A stretch of 58,713 nucleotides of DNA, the filler included, from Dimargaris cristalligena (lineage: Eukaryota), in NCBI GenBank assembly GCA_003614675.1. It is 4 parts of 4 records of this genome, joined end to end, with 100 filler letters (N's around TTAATTAATTAA, not from the genome) between each part and the next. Parts side by side here need not be neighbours in the genome. Positions count along the whole stretch, not along the records: positions 44,212 to 58,713 come from ML002947.1; 3 more parts are not named here. One strand, written 5' to 3'. The notes below the pieces were generated by a model. That model ran no database searches, was not told where the DNA came from, and saw only the letters and a program-made list of their open reading frames with translations. The position numbers and the translations under genes were made by a program. This document shows, piece by piece, positions 48,708-58,713 of this stretch (position 1 is its first letter; every line of letters begins with the position of its first letter).

Positions 48708-49958
48708 GGTTGCTGCTGGATTAGGCTAGTCGTGGACGGTAGTGGGTTCCTTGGCGAGAGGGCGTCGAGATCTTGGAGAGGAGGATAGTTGTGGAAGAAG
48801 AAGGACTAAAGATGGAATGCGCAATGGCTAAATGAAACTGGAATGCTGTTGAGTGAATTATTCTTTCTTACTCTCAATAACTCACCCTTCATTCAGTTTT
48901 ACCCGCCACCAATTCTTACACTGTACTTACTTACTTACCCACCTTACGTTTACGCATACATTTATTTACTTGCAGACTACAAGGCGAGTCACGTGATAAT
49001 TTCGAGAGGTAGGTAAGTCAGAATGGTTGATGAAGTCTTTTCCCCACCCCATAATATATCTTCGGGCTAGTTAGTCCCGGATATCAGTCCTATTGCTGGC
49101 CAGGTTAAAGGCCTCTTCCAACTGGGAAGCGATAGTTAATAAGCCGATGGTGTAAGAGATGTAATCTATTTTTGTTTCTGGGGATACCGTATAGATGGGT
49201 TGGGCTATTTGTGAGCCGGGCCCCTTATACACATGTCTCTCTCCCCCCACCACACTGACTAACATTGATTCCAAAGTGCACTCGAGATGGATGGTATGTC
49301 GCCTCCCCTTTTCATCGACTGCCTCTCTCTTGCTCTAAGACTGAAGAACCTCTTCCGTATCTTTATATATGTGTATGTGTGTGTATATGTATATATATAT
49401 ATATCTCTCTCTCTCTGCGGCAGTCAATTCAGGACAAACCAATGAACTACCGGTACTACTACTGCTACTATCATGCACCCTGACTAGCTTAGGAGAGAAG
49501 GGGGGCCGCACACTTCACGTGTTTGAGACCCCTATGACTCAGAAGGCCAGGAGGGGATAGAATGGGAGATATTTCCACGGTTAGCTGGAGATATATTCCC
49601 AGTCTCGAGAAGACAAGGATAGTTTTGGTTCAGGAGACAGAAGGGAAGTTCCATATGATTGCCAAAATCACAAGGCAGTATGGAATAGATTATATGCGGA
49701 GGAGAGGGAGCCTTTCTCCGCCAGTCACACCGGCTCCTTTCCAGCCCAAGGTGTTCCGACTTCTCCCTAACCGTCCCCAGCCGATACCCAGGTCCGCTCG
49801 ACCTCTCTTTCCTTTGCCCTTCTCCATTGTACCGCTGTTTCAGACCCATTTCCCCCTTTACCACTTGAATCCCCCTTCTTCTTCTTCTTCTTCTATTCCT
49901 CCCATTGCCGTTTCCCTCCCCCACTGGCACGCACCCTGCCAACACTCCACCGTCCAGC

Positions 49959-52473
49959 ATGGGGGCTTTCACGAAACAACTGACCGACAAGATATACCAC
50001 TTCGCCAAGTTCCCCCAAACTGGCGTCTCCCTGCGCCAAATGGTCAAGTTTGGTACGTCCAACTCCTATTCGTTTTGAAGGAGGAGCACAACAGGGCTAC
50101 TACCTGGAACCCATGCAGTCACAGGGCTGCTCTCTACACCCAGCTGGGCCGTTGGAATTCCCCCTCCCATATAGCAGTACTAACTCCGTTTGTCCTATTT
50201 GTTATCAATCTCCCTGTGCCTTAAATATCCCCGCACGGCAATATATATATATATATATATACCTATATCACTGACCGTAAATATAAACAGGCCAGCATCC
50301 GTCGCAGGGAGTACTACTCAAGGCCTCCCAGTTTGTGTCAGGTAAGTTATCCATTAACATCCCACTGAGCGAGTATATTTTGTTTAGTGTTACGGGGACC
50401 TGGTCAGCTCCATTCCCGTTATCGGAAATAAACACCAATGCACCATCAAATACATTCACCACCCCCAACAAATAGCATAAATTCTCAAATACTTCCCGGG
50501 TTATCTTACCCTCTCCTGCTATCCATCCCATACAGAGGAGCTCCCGATCCGCCTGGCCCGCCGGGTAGTAGAGCTCGATAACCTCCCCCATAACCTCAGT
50601 CAGATGCCCTCGGTGGTTAAAGTCAAAAATTGGTACATTGAGTCTTTTAAGGTGAGTCACACACACCAGCCTGTCTATTGGCCAGTAGCCCTCTGGCTAT
50701 TTATTATAGGCGCTTTAGTACGGTGCCCCCAATTTAATTGAACCAATGCCACGGCCCCCCGCGTAATACCAACCAACTTATTTGTATATTCACTTTGTCA
50801 TACAATCTTAATTTTTAAATCCGCATCCTATGATAACCCGGGCTAATGTCCATTGCACCTTCAGGACCTTATCGAGTTTCCCAAACCCCGGCTACCCGCT
50901 GATCTTAAGTCAAAAATAAAGGATGCCTCCAAGCCCACGGACGCAGTCCAATTACCGGCCTCGCACCCCAATCCATCCGTATCCTACTCCAATACCAGCA
51001 AGTTTCATTCTGTACCCATGAACCACCGGTAAGCTATGTCCATGGGTGTTTGTGCTTTAAGTCAGACATGATCATAGTAAACATTCACCCGGCCGATTTC
51101 GTGACTGGCCAGTAAGCGGCATACTTATCTATGATTATTTCTTTTTGATATATATATATATATTGCATACTTTATATGAATGGCAATGCTTAGGTTTTAT
51201 ACACCCATGGGCGATATCGATCTGCCTCCCGAAATCGCCAAATACAACAAGGACTTCGCCAAGTGTTTGGAAAATATTAAGCGTCGCCATGACCCGGTAG
51301 TCACCACCTTGGCCCAGGGTATTAACGAATTCAAGGCCCTACGCCATAAAACCATCATTGACACCGAGGTTCAATCTTTCCTAGACCGCTTCTATATGTC
51401 CCGCATTGGTATTCGAGTGCTCATTGGTAAGTATTGCCATGTCGGTCAATCTCCGAAAATACCACCCCCCAGAAATCCGTCTACTTTGCCTTAGTCCTTC
51501 CAGTAAATTATCGGATGAACTATGGTCAGCTTGGTTTGGTTTGGCATGGTGACGCAATCCCACTAATCTCTTATAACCCCTCTACCTTGCACCACACTGG
51601 CCCTCTACTATTAATTTAACGCCCGGTTTACCAGGCCAACAGGTTGCACTTCAAACCAAAAATGAGCCCGACTATGTCGGCATTATCTGTACCCGTACCA
51701 AACTCTATGACATAGCCATGGAGGCCATTGCGAATGCCTCCTTCATCTGTGAGGACTACTACGGACTTTTCGCTGCCCCCAAGATCACTCTACACTGCCG
51801 GGAGGACCTAGAATTTATGTACATCCCCAGCCATTTGCATCACATGCTATTTGAGCTGCTCAAGAATAGTCTGCGTGCCACCGTCGAACTTTACGGACCC
51901 GACGCCGACAACTACCCACCCATCAAAATTGTCGTGGCGGAAGGCCAGGAGGTAAACTTTGATTAATGACCACCGAATATGGAACGGCCATCCCACTAAA
52001 ATGGCTTTATTCAACGCGATATTATTTAAATTAGCTACCTGTTAATCATATATCGTCTGTACCCCCGGATATATAATTGCTGATTATTTGCCCAATCCAA
52101 CCCAGGACATTACCATTAAGGTTTCCGATGAAGGGGGCGGTATCTCCCGAAGCGCACTGCCTATGGTGTGGACTTACATGTAAGTATTCCAAATAGCTGA
52201 TTAGGCTACTAGTTAGAATCGGTTGCGGACCGGTGGATGGTTACTTGGCAATTCACTCACTTGATTGACTTACACCATGCTTTATATTTCCCTATGCTTG
52301 GATAGGTACACGACAGCTGAAGCCCAACCTCTCGATCCTGACTTCAACCAGACCGACTTTAAAGCCCCCATGGCCGGTTTTGGCTATGGACTGCCAATCA
52401 GTCGCTGTGTAAGTTGACCCGAATTATTCCGATTATCCTAACCAGCCATTGAGTTTGCCCATACTCACATCAT

Positions 52474-52504
<31 letters not shown>

Positions 52505-52718
52505 CCGAGTGATATTTATCGTAATTAATTTCATGGAATCTCTTATACTTGTATTTTTATTTTGCTGACCATACGTGGTGCGAATATCCCTATTAAACCC
52601 ACACTAGTACGCCCGTTATTTCGGAGGCGACCTCAAACTCATTTCAATGGAGGGCTACGGCACTGACGCTTACCTCCACCTATGTCGACTAAGTGACAGT
52701 GCTGAGCCACTCCCATAA
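49959..52718 (+). CDS. PDK: Mitochondrial pyruvate dehydrogenase kinase (BCDHK_Adom3 + HATPase_c); exons 49959-50052, 50291-50341, 50536-50651, 50865-51028, 51194-51426, 51635-51951, 52106-52179, 52306-52408, 52608-52718
   Basis: [58 protein letters not shown] and EGYGTD. All eight introns are GT-AG and in frame. Start codon less certain. Confidence 0.93.
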
Positions 52719-53522
52719 CCGCCGACTTTCCCCCCTTCGATTCCCTTTGACTGTTGGAAAGCCCTTATTGTCTATGATTATATTTTATCGGAGGGCCAGG
52801 CTCCGCTCAATTGGAACTCTATGACCACTTTGTCTGGGGCAGTTGGCAATACCATCATGAATTTTTGTCGTATATATAATATCACCACCACCACCACCAC
52901 CAATATACACCATCGCTGGTGCATTAGATTACTGTAGAACAATAAATATAACATTCTTAGCCTCAAATCTTTCTCTGGTCTTTGAATTCACAGTGCCCTC
53001 AAGGGCCAGAGGTTCGTCAGCTAGTATTGCTGATTATAACAAGGTTTAGGGTGGCTTTGATTATGTATTTCTAGCGGTTGCTGTCTGCTTTTAAATCCAA
53101 ATTTGGCCTCTTAATTCGGTTGATAGCAGATAGTCCTGGCCAGCCTTCATTCCACCATTGTTAAAAGGCTGGTTGGTGGTGTATAACAAGGGCAATGACG
53201 TTTATGTGAGGCCAGCGCCACCATTAAATTAATTCACCAAACCGTGGCTTTTTTTGGAAGACAGCAGCTTAGTTTATTCCCATTGCCAGCATGGTAAGAA
53301 GAACCAGCTGACTTGCTTTTTTATTTTAAACTTAAGATAACCTGAACTTCCTTCTTTTTGCCTATAAAACCTTGCGTGCTACTTTTCGTCTTTCTTATTC
53401 GAGAACCTTACTTTACTTTCTTAATCGGCGAACCCCATCTTTAAATCGCACCAAGTTGTCCTAGGAATTCACCCTCCCCCCCACTTCGCACTCGCACACA
53501 CACACACACACACACGCATACA

Positions 53523-54050
53523 ATGTCCGACGCACCCCCTCCCAGCTCACTCTTTGAGACCATCCACCACCTGAATCCCTCCGAGTCGGACCTGGATGAA
53601 TTTTCACCGCTGTCGTATTCCCAAGCAGAGACCATTAACACCGAGTTTACTGACCATGCGCCCCCGACTCTCTTCGAACACAGCCACACCAGTAGTGGCC
53701 CTGCCTTTAGCACACACGGGTCCGATTCCGAGGAGGAACATTCCCCGTGGACGCACCCCAGCGACGAATGGTCCTCCGTATTGCGCCGCAACCAGGCCGA
53801 AGCCCGGCCACAGCCGAATACCGGCGTACTAGGCCGTCGTTGGACGTCGTGGGCCGCCTGGTCCCCCTTTTTCGCCTATACCTTCCGTCTGTCGTTATCC
53901 TATCTGGTTATTCCCTTTTTCCAGGGGGTGATGCTGGGGTTCGGTGAAATTTGCGCCAACGAGCTGGCGTTCCTGTGGGGATGGAAGAACGCTAATATTA
54001 TGTTCCCGCAGCTGCGACCCCGGCTACAAAAGTCGACCAAATCCAAATAA
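53523..54050 (+). CDS. MIM1: Mitochondrial import protein Mim1 (Tom13)
   Basis: Acidic N-terminal region followed by the signature IPFFQGVMLGFGEICANEL..LWGW. Confidence 0.88.
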   Translation: MSDAPPPSSLFETIHHLNPSESDLDEFSPLSYSQAETINTEFTDHAPPTLFEHSHTSSGPAFSTHGSDSEEEHSPWTHPSDEWSSVLRRNQAEARPQPNTGVLGRRWTSWAAWSPFFAYTFRLSLSYLVIPFFQGVMLGFGEICANELAFLWGWKNANIMFPQLRPRLQKSTKSK

Positions 54051-54933
54051 GCGACGCCTATTCCCCTCTTTACTCTTCTCCCCAACCGTAAAAGGCACCC
54101 CCGGTTGAATATTGACACCCTCCCCCCTTGGGAATTCATTTGATCTTGCTGCGACAATCGACCTATTTAGTGGACACTATATGCTGTGGTCAGTCCGCCC
54201 CGGCCATGGCAAGGAAAGGGAAGGGGGGGAGGTGTCATGGTGTACGCCGGCCTGATCAAAATCGGGGCTGGCCCATGTGTATTTTTTATGCTAGTGATAA
54301 GTAAACTTGATTTTAAAAATCTTACCGACTGAGTTGATTCTGGTTTGTCCATCATGATGCCTCGTTGGCGTATATGGCGGATTTATCTTAATAATATATA
54401 TATATATATATATGTTGCCATGCGGGAAAGGGCTTGCTGCCGTAAAGTCATCCTGACGGTGATCTTCGACTAGTCGATTTTATACGGATTATCTTGCGGA
54501 ACAAAGGGTAAATCCTACTATCCTGCTGGACAGTAGAAATCGACCATAGTGGAAGGTAAATTGACCAAGAGAATATTGGAAGAATCCGTATCGCGTTACT
54601 TATACTGGTCTGTATAGCCAATAGTTGCCACTCATTTGTCAGCAAACGTCCAAGCATTGGGGGATATGGACACGGATACAAAGGTGGTGTGCGTTTCTTT
54701 AGTAACAGGGGGGACGACAACGAGTAAAATGGAAAGGCGGCGGCTCTATTCCTGGCTTCATTTATAATAAATACCTTTACTAGTTTGACCATTCCAACTA
54801 CCCAAGGCGCTTGCGGGGGGCCCTGAGAGAGAAAGGGAAGGAGGAGCTCGTCGGTGCGACAGACTCCATTCCCCTCTCTACCTCCGTCCTTATTCTTCCT
54901 CAGCGACTTTCTACCGAATCGCCCTCCCTCAAT

Positions 54934-54956
54934 CTCTCTCTCTCTCTCTCTCTCTC
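54934..54956. repeat. (CT)n microsatellite upstream of BRE1
   Basis: Run of CT dinucleotides. Other (TA)n, (CA)n and (GA)n tracts occur at about 32535, 36986, 48209, 52475, 53495 and 54393. Confidence 0.9.
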
Positions 54957-55453
54957 ATCCTCTGGACTTAATATGCTATCTTCGGCCCCTTCTCTGTTAT
55001 ATCCCACCTCTCCTGTGCCCTAATCCTTCGGCTCTGGTCCACTTGCTTTATTTCTTATCCCCGTTTAATTCATTCCAGCATAGACCACCCTTTCCACCTC
55101 ATTCTTTTGCTTCCGCTTTTTGGATCCGACTATTCCTAATTACTCTACCAGGTTACGCTACCCACTATTCCAATTGTCATCGTTTACCAGTACTATTTGG
55201 ACTTCATTTACACGACTGACAATAGGGGACTTCCTCTTATTCCCCCTTCCAATTCCCGCATGTAACATTCTTTTATTCACAAATACCTGGGGATTCCTTA
55301 TCAAATCTTACCCACCCTACCCTAGCATATATTCAGAAGCGTGGTTTCGTCACTACTCATTACCACACCACGTTTCCCCCCTAATCTTTCGTGTACCCTC
55401 CCTAGTTCAGTTGATTCTTTTCCGAAGCAGTCTTTTACATGGTTACTACCGCC

Positions 55454-58301
55454 ATGTCCGACAAGAAACGACCATCTGACGATCTGGTGACGGTCAACGC
55501 GTCGTTGGCCAACGATCAACAACCACCCCCCCTAAAGAAGCGCGTTCCCAGTATTCCCTCCGCCGATAGTCCCACCCCCGCCAGTCCAGAACCGTCCAAT
55601 GACGAGGAGGATTCGCCCTGGGGTCCTGGCGTCATTCAACAATTCAAGAAGGAGGCCCTCTTCCGCAAAATGCGAGAGTACAGTCGCCAGACCGATACCC
55701 TGAAGTCCCAATTGCAGGAACTCGAACACCGCCAGGACGAACATCTCAACCAAATCGGCTGGCTCTGCGCCACATGGGATCAGACGCTGCGGAATTTGCA
55801 CAACGTGGCCGGTGCCTTGGGTTCCACAGAGAATGATTCCGTTTTGCCAACCACCGCGCCTTTATTCAGGCAATTACTTGCTCTCGATCGGGAGCCCATA
55901 CCTGCCGAACAACTCCCCCCGTGTATCACTGAGCGGGCCAGTCGAATTCGGTCGACCGTTGCCCAACTTGGAGATATACTGGCCCGGTTTACTGAGCAGC
56001 GGCGCCAATGGTCCGACCAATCCACCGATAGTACGCCCGATAAAGCCCATTTGCGAGAACAGATTCAGCGGGAGGAAGAAGGCATCCTTACCCTTCTCCA
56101 GCAACAAAGTCGCCAGAATGCCGATGCTGCCACGTTAGCCCACCAGTTAGACCTGGCCCAGGGGCAAGTCGCGACTTTAAGGCGTGATCTGGAAACCACC
56201 CGGGCGCGACTGGTCCAGAAGGAAAAGAAGTTGGACCGGCTACGCTCGCCAGTGACCACCCGTCTCTTTCAGCCGGACTCCACGGACAAAGCCCAAGCCG
56301 TCTCCGGACCCAGCCAGACACAGTCCCCCCAGCCAGCAGCACCTCCGGCCGATACACATGAACTAGAGGAGGTAAAGCAGCTTGCCGAATCCCGGCTGAA
56401 AGAGCTGGACACCATGATTCAAGAGCGGACCGAATTGCGCCGCCGAATCGATGCCCTACAGGTCCAACTGAACTCGATCCCGGAATCACTCATCGTGGAA
56501 TCGGGCCCATACAAGTTCCTACAGACCCGCAAGGAGTACTACCAAACGGAAATGCAGCACTATAAAGGGGTGTCCGATCGTTACCGGGCCGATATTGACG
56601 AATTCAAGACGTCCCGCACCCAATTTCAGGAATCACTAGAGGCCGAAGAGAAGGTACGTCGCAAGGCCATGGAGACCGAAATGAAACGGCTAGAAAATGA
56701 CGCATCACGACTGCGGGCCATCCGGGACCATATCCAGCACCTGTATGATGCCAGCTGCGCCAAAGAGGAGCTCGAAATTAAGGCCCACCAGGAAATCCGA
56801 ACCCTCGCCAACAGTCGTAAGGACCGAATTATCTCCCTGACGGCCGAGGTGCGCCGTTTACGCATGAAAATTGCGGCCGACGCGGGTGATAAAGAGGCCA
56901 TCGACTTTTATATGGTCAACGAAGAGCTTTCCTTCGCCGAGTCCCTTAAGCAGCAACTCCAGAACGCCGAGAAACAAATTACGGAACTGACCCAACAGGT
57001 CACCGGTCTACAGGAAATTAAGGATCGTTCGCCGGATTTGTCCGAGGTAAGCATTTGTAACCAACTTGAACTCATTATCAATTACTGATCACCAAGCCTG
57101 ATAAATTAAGGTACCGGGTATTAGACCATGGCTTAGCCAGAAACCAATATACTTATTTGTGAAATCAGCCTATCCTGTTTGCCACGTTCTTCATCCCTGT
57201 CTTATATATTAGACTCAATTGCAGCTCGAAAAGACTCAGTCTCGGATCAAGGAATTAGAGGCCCAACTGGCCGATATCCGGGCTAAATACGGGATCGGTT
57301 CTACTGACACTGATGCCGACCCTATCCAGGCCCTAACGGCCAAAGTGGACGAGTACACCAAGAAAAATGCCGCCCTGGAAATGGATCTAAACGCCCAAAA
57401 GGTCATTGCGGAGCAGATGGTCAGCCAATTGGAGCACGCCACCGAGTCCTGGAGTCAACTCCATGAACAAAGCTCCCGCAAGATATTCGATGTGGTCAAG
57501 CGGGATGACCAACTCCAGTTGTTCCAAGCCGAGAAGTCTAAACTTTTGCAGAAATTCGCCGCACTGAACAAGCAGAAGGAGCAGAATGCCAACATGATCA
57601 TGGCCCTGAAACGGCAGTCGGTTAAGCAAATGGAGCATATCCGGGTCCTTGAGGATAAGGACAAACTACTCGCGAAGCAGGTCCAGGTCCTCGAGAAAGA
57701 GGTAGTCGCGACCCAGTCGGCCGTAAAGGCCTGTAAGGAGAAACTGGAAGACATGTCCCTCCGGCAGAATGAAGTGACTGATAGTTTGACGCGGGCCGAG
57801 ACCCGGTTCAATGACGTAAGGATATTTATTAGATATTGACTGGTAATCGTATTTCTACATGGTAATTTTATCTGGGCGGGCTTGTCCCAACTTAGAGGGC
57901 TAGTGAATTAACCTCCCGTTGTGTACTTGATATACTGTGATAATGTTATTTACATTTCCTCCTATTAGGTTCAACGCCTATTGGCCGAACGCACGGCCAA
58001 TCTTGAGAAGGAATCCCACCATAGTCGGCGACTTCAGGAAGAATGCCAAACCCTCCGGCGGAAGCTGGACCGGTCGACCAAGGAACAGGCGGACGACCAG
58101 CTCCGAAGTGAGCGTGACGAATATAAGGCTCTCCTCAAATGCAGCTCATGCTCCACCCGGTTTAAGTCCCACGTAATAACGCGCTGCATGCATGTGTTCT
58201 GCAACGAGTGTCTCCAGGCCCGCCTGGAAACGCGGCAACGCAAATGTCCCAGTTGCGCCGAACCGTTCGGTGCCAACGACGTTCGGAAGATCTTCCTATA
58301 A
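55454..58301 (+). CDS. BRE1: E3 ubiquitin ligase Bre1 (histone H2B); exons 55454-57046, 57213-57815, 57969-58301
   Basis: FKKEALFRKMREY motif, KKLDRLRS, long coiled coils and C-terminal RING CSSC...CMHVFCNEC...RQRKCPSC. In-frame GT-AG introns. Confidence 0.93.
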
Positions 58302-58713
58302 TGTATGACTTGACTTCCGCACCTCCCTCGTTTTTGTATATAGCCAGTGCATACTTGCTCGTTTTTTTGTTTGCTTATTGATTTGTTTTTATTTCGAATC
58401 CCCGCATTTTCTTTGTTTATTAGATTACAATGGAGAGGCGCTGCGGGATTTATAGATTATTATTTTTTCACTATTTCTTTCTTGTGAGATTAGTTCATGT
58501 TGATTATCGCATTCGTCACTTCGTGTGACTGGTTTTCGTCTTTATATCCATGCGTTGGTTTCATTATTATTATTTTTCAACCGCATAGTAACTTCATTAT
58601 TGTACCACGTCCATTCTTCCTTCCTTCCTATTTTTTTATAGATAAAAATAGCAGGATTCCCCCCTCCCCCTTTCGCGTTATTGTAATTCATCTTTATTGT
58701 ATGTTTGACTTCG

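Noticed and set aside
49532-50224. ORFs of 176 and 220 aa overlapping the PDK 5' region
   Set aside because: Low-complexity promoter/UTR read-through; the real exon is in a different frame (MGAFTKQL...).

Overview
This is eukaryotic (fungal) genomic DNA with GT-AG introns. It is not one locus: four contigs (1-14677, 14778-29453, 29554-44111, 44212-58713) of decreasing length are joined by artificial 100-nt N/TTAATTAATTAA/N linkers, so adjacency across linkers means nothing. Gene content and style suggest an early-diverging fungus, possibly Zoopagomycota (inference only). Contigs 1-2 are gene-poor and repeat-rich. They hold four ~583-bp solo LTRs with 5-bp TSDs inside CpG-depleted domains, three copies of a ~145-bp MITE-like family (a fourth is in contig 4), a perfect 93-bp inverted repeat bracketing ~10.9 kb, and two decayed genes (signal peptide + F-box-like; TM-RING-H2 ligase). 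They also hold a PNPOx-like gene, an aldo-keto reductase, a 4-TM orphan and a 63-aa secreted cationic peptide precursor. Contigs 3-4 carry conserved genes: a TPS-TPP fusion, a membrane-anchored PHP hydrolase with a C8 frameshift, a UBL/HERP-like protein, an S8 subtilase, the MCCase beta 3' end, a TBC Rab-GAP, a small TOM subunit, PDK, MIM1 and BRE1. The best leads are the AMP-like secreted peptide, the secreted F-box-like relic, C-to-T decay domains around repeats and the inverted-repeat-bounded segment. All calls are by eye; no database searches were run.
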